From Scenedesmus sp. PABB004 (lineage: Eukaryota): a stretch of 64,000 bases of DNA. Shown here piece by piece: positions 1 through 12,943 of the stretch. The notes under the pieces were generated by a model that was not told where the DNA came from, made no database searches, and was given only the letters and a program-made list of their open reading frames with translations. The DNA lies in contig JABVCE010000023.1 in NCBI GenBank assembly GCA_014905635.1, positions 62,001-126,000 on the forward strand, read 5' to 3'. A program made the translations under genes and the position numbers. Position 1 is the stretch's first letter, and the number at the start of each line of letters is the position of its first letter.

Positions 1-353
1 AGCGCGCGCCCGCCCGCCGCCCGCGCGGCTGGGCTGGGCCGCGGGCGCCGCCCGCCGCCCGCCCGCTTGCCGCAGCCGGGCGGGCGGGCGTGCGCCGCGG
101 CAACTCAGCAACGCCAGCACCGCGTGACGAGGCAGCAAGTCTGTGATCCGAGGGTGGCGGGAGATCACAGCGCCGCCACCCCCCGTGCCCCCGTGCACCC
201 GCCACCTGCAGAGCCCCCGCGCGCGCCCCCAAAACATACGCGCACGCCCCCGCCGCCGGCAGCGGCGTGCCGCGCGCGGGCTGCGCGGTGCGCCTGCAGC
301 GCCGCCCGCGCGCGCGCGCGCGCGCGCGCCGCAGCGCTCCGCTGGCCTCTCGC

Positions 354-1441
354 TCAGGGCGCGGCCTCGATCTGGAACGAGCGCGGGCCGCCGCCCTCGC
401 AGTGGATGTCCCACATGCGGTGCAGGAGGCGCTCCAGGTCGCGCACCCAGCGCTCGGTGTCAAAGAGCGGGCAGGTGAGGCGCGTGGCCTCGAGGCGCGC
501 GCGCAGCGCGCCGCGCGCGCCCGCGTCGCTGCCGAGCGCGACCGCGCGCTCCTCGTACTCCGCCTGGCTGCCCACGACCATCTCGGCGCCCAGGCCCGAC
601 GCGTGCGCGAGGCTCGCGGCGACGCGGCTCGCCATGCGCTCCATCGGCAGCGTGACCATCGGGCAGCCGCCCCAGAGCACGTCGCAGCCGGTCGTGTGCG
701 CGTTGCAGAGCGGCGTGTCGAGGAAGACGTCGGCCAGGCCGCTGCGCCGGATGTGCAGGTCCTTGTGCGCCACGTCGGTGAAGATGATGCGCTCCGGCGA
801 CACGCCCGCCGCCGCCGCCGCCGCGCGGATGTTGGCCTCGCCGTACGGCGGGAAGCGCAGCAGCCACAGCACGCTGCAACGACGCGTGCGGCAGGGCCCG
901 GCGGCGAGCGCGGCGGCGCGTCGGCGGGCGCGCGGCTGCGCGGCTGCTGCGCCGGCGCGGCGCGCGGCGGCGCGCGCCGCGGGGCGCGCACCTGTCTGGC
1001 ACGCGGTGCAGGATGCGGCACCAGGTCGCAAAGGTGTCTGGGTCGTACTTGTACAGCTGGTTGCTGCAGCTGAAGATCACGCGGTCCTCGGGCAGCCCAA
1101 ACTCGGACCGCCGCGGCAGGCGCGACTTGTCGAGCACCTCCCTGCGCGGCGGCAGACGCGGCCGGCCGGCCGCGCGCGCGCGCCGCGTGAGCACAGCGCC
1201 GCCGGCACGCCGCGCCGCGGGGGCCAGCACGCGCCCCCGCCGCCGCCGCCGCCGCCGCGCGCGCGGCGCCGCCCGCCTTGCGCGTGCCTGTGCGCGCGCT
1301 TGTAGTCGTTGACAAAGTAGCAGTGCGGCATGAGCGCGAGCGCCTCGCTGTAGCAGTGCGCCAGCTCGGGCGGCGACACGACCGCGTCGCTGATGAGGTA
1401 CGGCAGGAACGGCGCGCCTGCGTGTGTGCGTGCGTGCGTGC

Positions 1442-1491
<50 letters not shown>

Positions 1492-4400
1492 TGATGGGGG
1501 GGGACGATGTCAGGACGAGGGTCAGGATGAGCGCGGGGCGGCGCACGCCGCGCGGGCGCGGCGCGCCAGCGGGGCGGGCGCGCGCAGCGAGGCGCAGCGC
1601 GGGCGCCGGCGTGGGCGCGGCGGCGGCGGCGCACCCGTGGTCGCGGGGAAGCCCATGTAGGAGGCCTGCACCGGCGCGGGGCGCAGCGCGAAGACCTCGT
1701 TGCGCGCGCCCTTGGTGTAGCCGTTGAGGTTGACCGCGACGTGCAGGCCGTCGGACGACATGCGGCCCGCGATGTCGCCGAGCGGCCAGCCCGACACGTC
1801 GACAAAGTGCTCGGCCTCGGCCTCGATGCGGCGCCGCCACTCGCTGCCGTCGCTCGGGCTGAGCGCGTAGCAGAACACCTCGACGCGCCCGCCCGCCGCG
1901 TGCGCGCCAAACACGCCGCCCATGAGGTGGCTCAGCGGGTGGTTGCCAAAGTCGCTCGACACGTAGCCGACGCGCAGGCGCTGCCCCGGCGCGAGGCGCG
2001 CCGCGGGCGGGTGCGGCAGCGCCGGCAGGCCCAGCCGCGCCGCGCCGAGCGCGCAGTGCTCGGCGTAGCGCACGCTGATCGCGCGCGCGAGCTCCGCGCT
2101 GAAGGGGTAGGCCATGGCGTGGAAGGGCTGCACGCTCGGCAGCCGCCCCGCGCCGAGGTCGCGGCGCACCTCGGCCTCGAGCCGCGCGAAGAGCGGCCGG
2201 CGCTCGCCCCAGTCGCACACGCACTGCAGGCTGTGCATGTAGTTGGCAAACGCCTCGGGAAGTCGGGGCGCAGCGCGAGCGCGCGGCGGTACGCCGCGAT
2301 GGCGGCGTCGTGCCGCGCGGCGTCCTTGTACGCGCTCGCGAGGTTGGCGTGGCCCTCGGGGCTCTCCGGCTGCAGCAGCACGACCTGCTCGTAGCACGCG
2401 ATCGCGCCCAGCGCCTGGCCCGTCATCTTCAGGATGCCCCCGAGGTTGTTGTACGCCACGCCCACGCGCGCCGCGACGCCCGGCGGCAGCAGCGCCGCGG
2501 GCGGGCGGCTCGCCGCCATCGCCGCGAGGCCGCCGAGCAGGCCGCCGCCCGCGGCCGCCGCCGCGACGGCCGCCGCGGCCGCGCTCGCCGCGGGCGGCGC
2601 GAGCGCGCCGCCGCCGGCGCCGGCGCCGGCGCCGACGGGCGGCGCGAGCGCCGCGAGCTGCGCCGCCTGCGCCGCCTTGCTGTACTGGAGCTGGATGCAG
2701 GTGCTGTAGCACGCGATCGCCTCGTCGTAGCGCCCCGCCTCGCGCAGCGCGTTGCCGAGGTTGTTGTGCGCCTCGGGGAAGGCCGGCTCGATCGCGAGCG
2801 CCGAGCGGTAGGTCGACACCGCGGCGTCGAGCTTGCCCTGCTCGTACAGGACGCCCGCGAGGTTGCCGTGCGCGAGCGCGCAGCCCGGGCGCAGCCGCAC
2901 GACGGCGTCGAAGCACGCCTCCGCCTCGGGGCGGCGCTTCAGCTCCTTGAGCACCACGCCCATGCCCGTGAACGCGTCCGCGTAGCACGGCCGCAGGCGC
3001 ACCGCCTCCTGGTAGCACGAGAGCGCCTGGCGGCGGCGGCGGCGGCGCGCGGCGCGACGGCGGGCGGGCGGGCGGTGAGCGCGGCGCGCGCGTGGGGGCA
3101 CACGGGCAGCGCACCGCCGGGCCGCGCGGCCGCGCCGCGCGCCTGCATGTGCTCGCCGCCCTCGCGCAGCAGGTCGCCGAGGCCGCGCCACGCCGGCGCG
3201 TACGCGACGTCCAGGCGCAGCGCCTCGAGGTAGCACTGCTGCGCGGCGGGGCGGCCGAGCGCGCCCTGCGCGCGCCAGAGGTCGCCCAGGTTGTTGTGCA
3301 CGTCCACGAGCGCCGGGTTGACGCGCAGCGCCTGCGCGGCGGGGGACAGGGGCTTGAGAGTGCCATGCCGCGCCCGCTGCGCCGCGCTGCCGCCCTTCCG
3401 CCGCCGCCCCTCCGCCGCCGCCCCGCCGCGCCTGCATGTAGCAGTCCATGGCCTCCGGTATGAGTCCCTTTTGCACGAGCGCGCTCGCCATGTTGTTGTA
3501 GGCGTCGGTGAAGTAGGGCTTGAGCCGCAGCGCGCTCTGGTAGTACACGATGGCCATGTCGACGTTGCCGAGCTGCTGCAGCGCGTTGGCGAGGTTGGCG
3601 TGTGCCTCGGCGAGGCTCGGGTCGATGAGGATTGCGCGGTCGTTGTGCGCGATGCACTGCGCGTAGTCCTGCAGCTGGTAGCACGCCGCGCCGAGCAGCA
3701 GCAGCACGTCGGCGCGCCCCGGCAGCGAGGCGGACACCTGCGGCAGCGGCGGCGCCAGCGGGCGCGTCGGCGGGGCGCCGCGCGGCCGCTGCGCGCTGCT
3801 GTCGAGCCCGCCGGCGGCGCCTGCTCCCGCTGGTGGCGCTGCCGCCGGCGCGGCCGCGGCCGCCGGCGCCGCTGGCGCCCGCGACCGCCGCCTCCCCGCC
3901 CCGCGCGCTCGCAGCTCCCGCCGCCTCCTTCCTGCCGCCCACTGCCGCCCGCCTGCAGCCCGCCGCCTGCCGCCCGCCCGCACGCGGCTGCGCTGCGCCG
4001 GGCCCGCGCGCCCGCCCGCGCACGCACCGGCTGGCAGAGCGCGAGCGCGCGCACGTAGTTGCCGGCGCGGTACGCCTCGGTCGCCTCCTTCAGCAGCGCC
4101 TCCAGGCTCGGCGCGACGTCCGCGCCTGCGCGCGGGGCGGGGGCGGGGGCAGGGGGGGGGGGGGCACGCGTCGTGGGCCGCCGCCCGCGCGCGCTGCTGC
4201 CGCCGCCGCCGCGCGCCGCCGCCGCTGCCGGCGGCGCACGCTGCCGCCTGCGCGCCGCCGCGCCGCCGGCCCGCCGCTGCAGCTGGCGGCGCCGGGGGGC
4301 TCCCCACCTGCGCTGGGCGCCAGGGAGACGGCCTGCAGGTGCGGGAAGAGCTGCCCCGCATCGCCGCCCAGCGCCGCGGAGAGCGGCATCGGGAAGCTCG

Positions 4401-4618
4401 CCAGCCCCGCGTGCGCGAAGGCGCTCGCCTGCGGGCGGACGGGCAGCCGCGCGCCGGGGGTCGCGGTGGGCGCTGCGCGTGAGCGAGCATGCCGCTGGCC
4501 CGCAACGCGCGCCCCCGCCCGCTGCCGCCGCCCGCACCTGCGCGCCGGCCGTGCGCTCATCGAGCATCAGCCCCAGCGGCAGCCCCGGCAGCAGCTGAAT
4601 GGGAGCGGCGAGCGCCAT
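354..4618 (-). CDS. OGT: O-GlcNAc transferase (SECRET AGENT/OGT-type; TPR repeats + GT41 catalytic domain), 9 exons
   Basis: Spliced exons give TPRs (AEAHANLANAL, TDAYNNMASAL, EAHNNLGNAL) followed by RLRVGYVSSDFGNHPLSHLM, NLNGYTKGARNEVFALRPAPVQASYMGFPATTGA, NQLYKYDP and DVFLDTPLCNAHTTGCDVLW. 8 introns, 3 with GC donors (3431, 3142, 1287). One apparent 1-nt deletion at 2257-2259. Confidence 0.95.
1426..1490. repeat. (GTGC)n/(GT)n microsatellite in an OGT intron, reading (CA)n on the sense strand next to the 3' splice site
   Basis: Directly visible. Confidence 0.95.
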
Positions 4619-5085
4619 CGCGCCGGCCGCGCCTCAGCCCGCCCGCCGGCGCGCTCCCGGCGAGAGGCGCCGCCTCGACACGCGCGCCTGGCCTATGCGG
4701 CCGCGGCGGGGCTGGCGCGGGCGCGCCGCATGTGCGCGGATTTTGTGCGCCCCGCTCGCGCTGCCTGCGCGCCGCGGTCTCCACCCGGACCCGGTTCGCG
4801 CGGTGTGACCACGAGCGGGGCGGCGCGGCCTCGCTGCGGCGTGGGTTGCAGCAGGGGTTAGCGGCGCACCGCCGTCGCACGACGTCCCGTGCCGGCGCCG
4901 CCACGCCCCTCGCCGCCGGCCGCCGCCGCCTGGCCGCCGCCGCCTGGCCGCCGCTCGCACGCTCAGGCCGTGCGCCGCGCACGCCGCCGCGCCGCGCCGC
5001 GTGTGCGCCGCGCACGCTGAGGCCGCGCCGCGCCGCGCCGCCCGCTCGCTTTCCACTCGAAAGTACGCTCCACCCCAAAAACACG

Positions 5086-5392
5086 TCACAGCAGGATGAG
5101 CCCGACCTCGCCCGGCTGCAGCGGCGCGGCCGCGAGGCGCCAGTTGTAGAGGTAGTACTGGAGCGCGCCGTCGCCGAGCCCAAACTTGAGGTCCTTCAGC
5201 ACGCTCGCGTTGGCGGCGAGGTCGAGGGCGTTGAACACGTCGTAGCCCTTGCCCGCAGCGAGCGTCATCGCGTCGCCCATGAGCGCCGCCAGCGGCGTCG
5301 GCCCCGGCACTGGGCGTGAACACGCGCGCGCGCGGGCGCGGGCGCGGGCGGGCGGTGGGGAGGGGGGGAGGGTGTGCACGCGCGCAGGAGAG

Positions 5393-5428
<36 letters not shown>

Positions 5429-5927
5429 GCGGCGGGTGCACACACCGGTGTAGAAGCTGTACGCCGCGCGCAGCTCGGTGTGCTCCGGGTGGCCCAGGAT
5501 GCTGCTGGGCAGCGTGTAGAAGCTGACCACGCTCACCACGCCGCCGCGCGCCGCGCCGCCGTCGACGACGTACGTGTCGATCACGTACGGCCGCGGCAGG
5601 AACCTGCGGCGCCGCGGCGGCAGGCGCCGCGGCGGCGCGCGACATGACGTGACGTGGGCCCGCGCGGCGCGGCGGCCGGCGGCGCGCGCGCGGTGTGGGT
5701 GTGTCGCGTCGGCCGCACCAGTGCGCGACCTCTGGCTCGTCAAAGTGCTGCGTGAGCTTGAACTGGGCCAGGTGGCCGTTCAGCAGCGCGGTGACGGCGG
5801 GGACGTCGCCGCGCTCCATCGGGCGCAGCCCCGGCGTCGCCGGCGTGGGCGGCAGGCGGTAGAGCTTGATGGTCCGCGCCATGGTCATGCGCGGCTGCGC
5901 GGTTGGAGGGCGTTTGGAGGGCGTGTA

Positions 5928-6026
<99 letters not shown>

Positions 6027-6249
6027 AAGGGGGCGGGGTGTCGAGGGCCACGGTGCGAGCGCGCGCGGCAGCACACACACGCGGCGGCGGCGCGCCTGCA
6101 GGGAGGAGAAGCCCACGTCGATGAGCTTTTTGGGGTTGAGGCTGCGGTGCCAGTAGCGGCAGCTCGCCACGGGGCGCGGCAGCACCACGCCCGCCGTGTA
6201 CGCCGCCTGCCAGATGTCCTGCAGGTTCACGCGCCGCGTGATCTCCTGC

Positions 6250-6282
<33 letters not shown>

Positions 6283-7654
6283 TTGGGCGGGCAGCGGGGC
6301 GCGCGGGCCGGCGGCGGCGCGCCTCCCCGGCTCGCGCGCACCTTGATGAGCACCGGCGCGAGGCGTTTGCTGCGCAGCTTCTTGAGCACGCACAGGAAGT
6401 TGATCTCCACCGCGCGCACCGCCGCGCCGTTGGCCTGGCGAGCCGCGGCGCCGGCGCCGGCGCCGCGTGAGCCGCCGCGCGCCGCGCGGCGCCGCGCTGC
6501 ACGGCGCGCGCGTGTGCGGGCCCACGCGCGCGGGTTGCTTTGGCTGTGGTCCTGTGGGCCCGCCCACCCGTATGCTGGCTGGTATCGCGCTAATGAAGGC
6601 GACGAGCTTGCCGCTGCTCTTGACGCGCACGCCGACGTGCCAGTCCTTCCTGCGCGCGGCGCGGCGCGGCGCGGCTCGCCGCCGCGGCCTGCCGCCGCGC
6701 CGCGCCGCCGCGGCCCGCCGCCGGCGCGGCCTGCCGCCGCGCCGCGCCGCGCCGCGCCTGTGCCCCGGCGGCAGCAGCGCCCACTGCAGGAAGGCCGGCG
6801 AGTAGCTGAAGCGGAACATCGCGTCATCGTCCTCCACGTAGTTGGCGTGCAGCAGCGTAAACACCTGGACACCGCGCGCGGCGGCGGCGGCGCAAACGGC
6901 GCGGACGCTCGGCGGTGAGTGCGTGCGCGGGCGAGCGCCGAGGCGCGCGGCGGCGGCGCGCGGCGCCCCCGCAACGCACCTCGGCCACCTCCTTTTCGTC
7001 GCTGATGTTCACCTCGCACCACGTGAAGCTGCGGCGGGGGGGCAGCAGCGCGGCAGCGCGGCGGCTGAGCACGCCGCCGCAGGCGGCGCCGCCGCCGAGC
7101 ACACGCCGCCGAGCGCGGCCGCACCTGTCGGGCAGGCTGTACGGCTGCTGCCGCACGTCCGCCACCGTCTTGAGCGCGTCGATGGGCCCGTCCTCGCCCG
7201 CCTGCGGCGCCGCCGTGGGAGCGGGCGCGGGGGGTCTGCGGCGCCGCGCCAGTGCCGGGCAGCCGCACGCGCGGCCTGCCTGCGCCGCCGCTGCGCGCAC
7301 CGCGCTGCCGTCCTCCGTGAACTGCATCACGGGCTGCGTCTCCCAGAAGTCGTACTTCTCCTTGGCGTCCTTCCTGCGCCCCCGCGCCGCCGCGCCCATC
7401 GCCGCCAGCCTGCGCCCGGCGGGCGGCAGCAGCGTCGTCGGCGCGGGCCCCCCTGCCGCGAGCCCCCGCCGCACGCCAACGCCGCACAGACGCTCGCGCA
7501 GTGCCGGGCGCCCGCACCGGTCCATCAGGGCCGCCAGCGGCGGCGCCCCGCTCGCGCTGGGCTGCGCGAGCTGCTGCTCCTGCTGCTGCGGCGCCGCCGC
7601 GGGCTGCCCTTGCGACGAGGAGGCGCCCTCCGCGGCGGGCGCGTCGTCCGCCAT
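5086..7654 (-). CDS. NMT: Glycylpeptide N-myristoyltransferase, 11 exons
   Basis: Motifs [87 protein letters not shown] and [16 protein letters not shown], ending GLILL*. 10 introns, with GC donors at 6757 and 6095. Confidence 0.97.
5393..5426. repeat. 34-nt poly-C run (poly-G on the NMT sense strand) in the last NMT intron
   Basis: Directly visible. Confidence 0.9.
5933..6025. repeat. (GT)n microsatellite of about 46 units in an NMT intron
   Basis: Directly visible. Confidence 0.95.
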
Positions 7655-7909
7655 GCCGACAGCGGTTGATCACGGCGGCGCAGGCGGGGCGGGGCTCGCC
7701 GGTCGCCGCCGGCTGCGGCGGGCTGATGGTCTGCGCGCCGGCGCGCCGGGGGCGCGTGCCTGCTGGCGGCGGGGCGCGGGAGGGGCAAAAGCCAGGCGGA
7801 GCGCCGCACGACCGAGCCGGCGCTGAGCGCCGCGGCGGTCGGCTGCGGTTCTCTGCGCCAACGCCCTGCGCCGCCGTCGCACGTGCCACCGCGGGGGCCG
7901 CCGCAGTGC

Positions 7910-7914
7910 TTACA
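7910..7914 (-). promoter_or_regulatory. Putative TGTAA polyadenylation signal of the MYB gene
   Basis: TTACA on + about 900 nt downstream of the MYB stop; TGTAA is the known chlorophyte poly(A) signal. Confidence 0.45.
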
Positions 7915-8814
7915 GCCGCGCCGCCGCCGCGGCGCAGGAGCTCAAAATGCACCCGGGCGCCAGAATGCGGCGCGCGGGCCCGCCGGGGTTGGGGGCGGCG
8001 GTGCTGTGCGGCCGGCGCGCGCCCAGAGCGCGGAGCGCGCTGCGGCGGCGCGCGCGGCCAGGCATGGGGGGTGCGCGCGCCGCGCGGCGCGCCGGCAGCT
8101 GTGCCGCCGCGAGGCGCGCACAGCCGGCGCGCAGCAGCAGCCCTGCGCACATGTGCGCCCGCCACCGGCAGTCTCGGCCGAGACTGCAATACGCGTCGCG
8201 CGTGCCGCCGCCGCCGCCGCGCGAGCGGGCGGGCCGTCGGTGGGGTCCGAGGGGCAGTGCTGGCACGCACAGGCATGCCCGGCGCGATGCACACCGCACT
8301 GTGCCGCGACCCTCGCGACGCGCAACACCCATCAGCATGCACAGGAAGGGCCGCCGCCGCGCGCGCCAGCCTGCTGAGCGCGCCAAATGCCTGTGCCTCT
8401 GTACAGAGCGGGGGACCAACACTCATATAGGGAGGGGGCCCGCCGCGCGTAATCCACCACGCCCGACCCGCCCCCCGCCCGCCCGCCCAGCTAGCTACCC
8501 AGCCGGTGCGCCGCGTGCGGCGGCAGAGGGCCGCGCGCACGCCGTGGCGCCCGCCTCCCCGCCCGCCTCGTCCGCCCGCGGGGCCCGCCGCGCCCGGCCG
8601 CGGCGGCCGGCGCGCCCCGCGTCCGAGCCCGCCACGCGCCCCCCAGCGCTCCTCTTGCGCGGTCGCCCGTTCGTGTGCCAGCGCCCGCCACGCTGCGAGC
8701 GTTCGGGGGCGCGGCGCGCCCTGGCCGTCCGTTCTTGACTGTCCGTTTGGTGCCGCCGGGTGCCGGCTTGCGCGTGCTTGCGCGTACATTCAACGCCGTG
8801 CTGCTGCTGCGGTC

Positions 8815-9710
8815 TCACAGGTCGGGCATGAGGGCATCGACCATGCAGCCGTCCAGCAGCTGCCCCGGCGTGAGCACGCTGGGCGAGCTCTGCAGCTCCG
8901 CCTTGAGCGCGGCGAGGCTGCCGGAGCCGCAGCCGAGGCCGCCGGAGCCGAGGCCGCCGGAGCCCAGGCTCGCCAGCCCCGCCGCCCACGCGCCGCCGGC
9001 CGAGCCGCCCACGCGCGTCGCGACGGGCGGCAGGCGCGGAAGGTCGGCGTCGCCGGGGTGGTGCGCCGCCGGCGCGGGCGCGCGCTCGCCGCCGGCGCCG
9101 GGCATGCCGCCCGCGGGCGTCGGCGCCGGCGCGGGCGCGCCGCTCGGCTCGGGGATGGTCACGCCGAGCTGCTCCGGCAGCGGGCCCTGCCCGCTGCCCA
9201 GCCGCGTCTGCAGGCTGTGCACCTGCTGCATCAGCTTCAGGTTCTCGTGCTGCAGCTGCGCGCAGAGCAGGTGCACGTGCTGCGGCTGCTGCCCCGGCGC
9301 CGCGCCGCCGGCCGAGGCGGGGCGCGACCCGGGCAGCGAGCCGGGCCCCGACCAGCCCCAGGCGCCGCCGGCGGCGTCGGGACCAGCGCCTGCGGGTCCC
9401 GGCGCGCCGCCGGGCTGCGGCCCCAGCGCCCCCGCGGTCGCGCTGGCCGAGCGCGGCGGCAGCGGCAGGCCCGACGGGTGGCCCGCGGCGGCCTGGCCGC
9501 CGGCCGCGTCGCCGCCAGCGGCGGCGCCGGGCTCCTCCTGCCACGCGCCGCTCGGCCAGGTGCTGCTGCGCGCGAGCCCGCGCGGTGTGAGCCCGCCGCC
9601 GTGCGCGCCGCCGCCGCCATCCAGCAGGCCGCCCGCCGACGCGGCGTGGTGGGCGTGCGCGGCGGCGCCGAGGTCGGCGGGGTTGTACGCCGAGCTCGCC
9701 GTGTTGCGCG

Positions 9711-9741
<31 letters not shown>

Positions 9742-12168
9742 GTGCGCCGCCGCCGCCGCCGCCTGGCTGTCGGGCGAGGCGATGAGCCGCGTCATGTGGC
9801 TGTCGCTCAGCACGTCGTCGCCGTCCTCGAAGATCTGCTCCAGCATCTGCTGCAGCATCGCGCTGTCGTTGCTGCGCATGTCCTGCAAGATCGTGCCCGC
9901 GAGCGCGGGGCTGTCCGGCAGCGCCAGCCCCGCACCCGCCAGGCCCGGCGCGCCGCCGCCGCCGGCGCCGGCGGCGCCGCCGCCGCGCGGGCCGGCGCCG
10001 CCGGCGGCCGCCCAGGTGCTGCCGGGGAAGGGCAGCGGCAGCGCGCTGCAGCCGCCGCCCTCCGTGCCGGGCTCGGCCTTGGGCAGCACCGCGCCGCGGC
10101 CGCCGCCGACCGCGAGGTTGGCCATCGCCGCAAACGGCGAGCTCGGCCCGCCGCCGTCGTCGAGCCCGTGCCACGCGCTGAAGCTCGGCGTGCGGCCGTC
10201 GCCGAGCAGGCCGCCGGGCAGGCCCGGCACGACGGCGCCGGCGTGCACGCCGCCGACGCGGCCGTAGCCGCCGCCGCCGCCGAGCGCGGGGCTGCCCTCA
10301 TCCATGACCGCGAGCCCCAGCAGCGCCTCGCCGCCGCGGCCGCCCAGCGTGGGCGTGCCGACGGCGCGCCCCGGGGCGGGCCCATGACGCCGCCGCCGCC
10401 GCCGAGGCCGCCCGGCGCCGCGCCCGGCATGCTGCCCAGCAGCGGCGAGCCGGGGACGCCCGGCCCCAGCGCGCCCGGGTGGACCACGGCGGTCGGGGAG
10501 TAGGAGGCAGACAGGATGTGGTGCTGCCCGCTCAGCACCGCCGGCGACGCCGCCGCGCGCCGCCGCTTGGACAGCGGCGGGCTCTGCGCGCGAGGCGAGG
10601 GCAGGCGAGGAAGAGGGGGAGGGGGGGGGGGGTGAGCGGGCGCGCGGCGGCGCGGCACGCGCGCGCACGGCGGCGCGAGGGGGCCGCGCCGCACCTGGCC
10701 CGCGACGTCGGCGCAGTCGCCGCCGCGCCTGCGGCGGTCGTGGTGGTGCGTCGCAGCGCTGGCGGGGCTGCCGCTCAGCGGCTGGTCGGTGACGTCGGAC
10801 GCCCAGGCCGAGCCGGCGGACGACGTCGACGCCGCGCGCATGCTCGACGGCGACCCGCTGGCGGCGGGGATACCCGGCCGCCCCCGCACGGGGCCGCCAG
10901 CGTGCTCGGGCTTGATCTCCAGCAGCTCCTCCAGGCTCACGTTGACCTCCAGGAACCTGCGCCGCCGCGGGCGGCAGGGGAGCGCCGGGCGGGTGAGCAA
11001 ATATGAGCGCGGCCGCGCGCTGCAGGCGCCCGCGCGCGCGGCCTGGTCCGCGCCGCGCCGCTGCCAGCTGCGTCGCGCCGCCGCCCGGGCGCGCACGCGC
11101 CTGTTGCGTATCTCGGGCAGGCGCGCGCCCCACTTGAGGTTGCCCACGAACAGGTTCTTCACCGCGCGGTTGGTGCGGCCCGGCAGCAGCATGGAGATGG
11201 CCTTCCAGTTGTTGCCGTATCGGTGCTGCGCCTGCGCGGCGCGCGGCGCGGCAGCCCGGCGGGCGGGCGGGCTGAGCGGGCGTCCCGCGGGCGCCCGCCG
11301 GGGGTGCCCGCCCGCTGCCCGCGCCGCCGCTGGCCCGCGTCCAGCGCAGCTGCTCGGCGGGGGTGCCGCCGCTGCCGGGTCGGCGCACGCAGCGAAGCTG
11401 GCGGCCGGCTGCCGGCCAGGCCGCGCCGCGAGCTCCCCGCCCGCCGGCAGCGCCCGGCCCATTCGCGGCCGCCGCGACCGCACCTGCACCACCACCGCCA
11501 CCTCCCACTCGGTGAAGGGGCTCTTGCGCGGGTGCTCGATCTCGGGGCTGAGGAAGTTGCGCCACCTGCGGCGCGGCCGGGCGCCGGACGCAACGTCGGC
11601 GCCCGGCTGCGCGGCGCGCTGCCGCCGCCGCCGCCGCCGCCGCGGGAGCCCCGGCCCCTGCTGCGGGAGTCCGGCCCGGCCGCGGGCCAGGCTTGCGGAG
11701 CCTCTGCGGGGCGCCTGACGCCCGCCGGCGCGCGCGGCGCGGCTGCCAGCGTCGCCGGCGCTGCTCCGCAGGTACAGCTGCCGCCGCGAGCCCGCGGCGC
11801 CCGCGCGGCGTCAGGCGCGTGAGACGTGGCGCACCTGTCGCTGCAGCTCTTGCTGCTGCGCCCCGGGACGTCGTTGGCGACCGTGGCCCAGGCGCGGTCG
11901 CCAAACTTGGCCACCGCCTGGCGCAGCAGCTCATCCTCCTGCAGCGAGATGCCGCGTGGCAGCGCAGGGTGGCGCGTGGGTCACGACGCGCAGCTGCGCG
12001 CGCCCTCGCGGGGCGCCCACGCGCCGCCGGGCGCGCGCAACTGCATCGCACTCGGCAGTCCCGGCCCCCGCGCGCGCCGGGTCCCTGACGCGGCTGGTCC
12101 GGCCCCGGGCTGCCGAGACGCACCTGCTCCGTCCAGGCCGACCGGCTCTGCGCGCTCGTAAAGTGCAT
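8815..12168 (-). CDS. R2R3-type MYB transcription factor with a long low-complexity C-terminus, 6 exons
   Basis: Spliced N-terminus WTEQ|EDELLRQAVAKFGDRAWATVANDVPGRSSKSCSDR|WRNFLSPEI..KSPFTEWE..|AQHRYGNNWKAISMLLPGRTNRAVKN has MYB repeat tryptophan spacing. GC donor at 11100. Apparent 1-nt deletion near 10373. Confidence 0.88.
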
Positions 12169-12661
12169 GGCGCCCAGCGCGCCCCGGCGACGCTCCCCGG
12201 GCGCCGGCTCACGCCTCCATGCAGCGCTGCGAGCCGCGGGGAGCGCTTTCGTCGCTCAGCGGGCCGCTCGCGCCGTCTAGCGGCCCCCTGCTGACGCACG
12301 CGACCCCGCGGTTGTGTCGATGCCACGACCACGGCGCGCCCCGCGCGCTGCGGGCTGGCGCTGCGGTCTGGCGCGTCGGAGGTGCTGGGTGGGGTGTGGG
12401 TGCGTGGGAGGGAGGGGTGGGCGGTCTGTCGGGGCCCGCTCCGCGAGGGGCCGGGCGAGAGAGGGCGAGCAGCTGGTCAGGTGACCCAGGTTTAGCCCTC
12501 GAGCAGCACGCAGCGCGATGGGCGCGTGAGACGGCGCTGGCGACGCCCAAGCGAGCTGGCGCCGCGGCGGGGCACGGGGCTGGGCGCGAGAGGTCCGGGG
12601 AGCGACGGCGACGGCGGCGCGCGAGCGCCCAGCGGCGGCCGCTCAGCGCCTGCTCCCTTGT

Positions 12662-12666
12662 TTACA
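12662..12666 (-). promoter_or_regulatory. Putative TGTAA polyadenylation signal of the CCDC6-like gene
   Basis: TTACA on + about 280 nt past the stop at 12944. Confidence 0.6.
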
Positions 12667-12943
12667 AGCATGGCGCACCGCCGCCTGGTCAGTTAGGAAG
12701 CCGAAACCGAGAGCGCGCGCGGCCAGCGCAGCCAGCGCTGGGGCGCCCCGACGCCGCCGGCAGCAATCGTCGTCGCCCGCAGCCCCCCAAGCCCCTGCAC
12801 ACCGACCGACCCGTGCCGCAGGGCCTGCACGCCCCCCCCCCTCCCTCATCGCGAGTGCAGCCGCACCTTGGGCCCCACGCAACGCCGCGGGCCAGCGGGC
12901 GAGCGTACCAATGATTTGAATGCTGAAAGCGCCGCGGCGTCCA

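Noticed and set aside
3027..3431. CAG|GCG at both ends of some introns, suggesting target-site duplications of Introner-type elements
   Set aside because: Many GC-donor introns are followed by exons starting otherwise (CAC, ATG, TGC, CTG), and I saw no shared internal sequence among introns to indicate a repeat family.
354..7654. Functional cluster of OGT and NMT (both protein-modifying transferases)
   Set aside because: Adjacency alone is not evidence; both are ordinary housekeeping genes.
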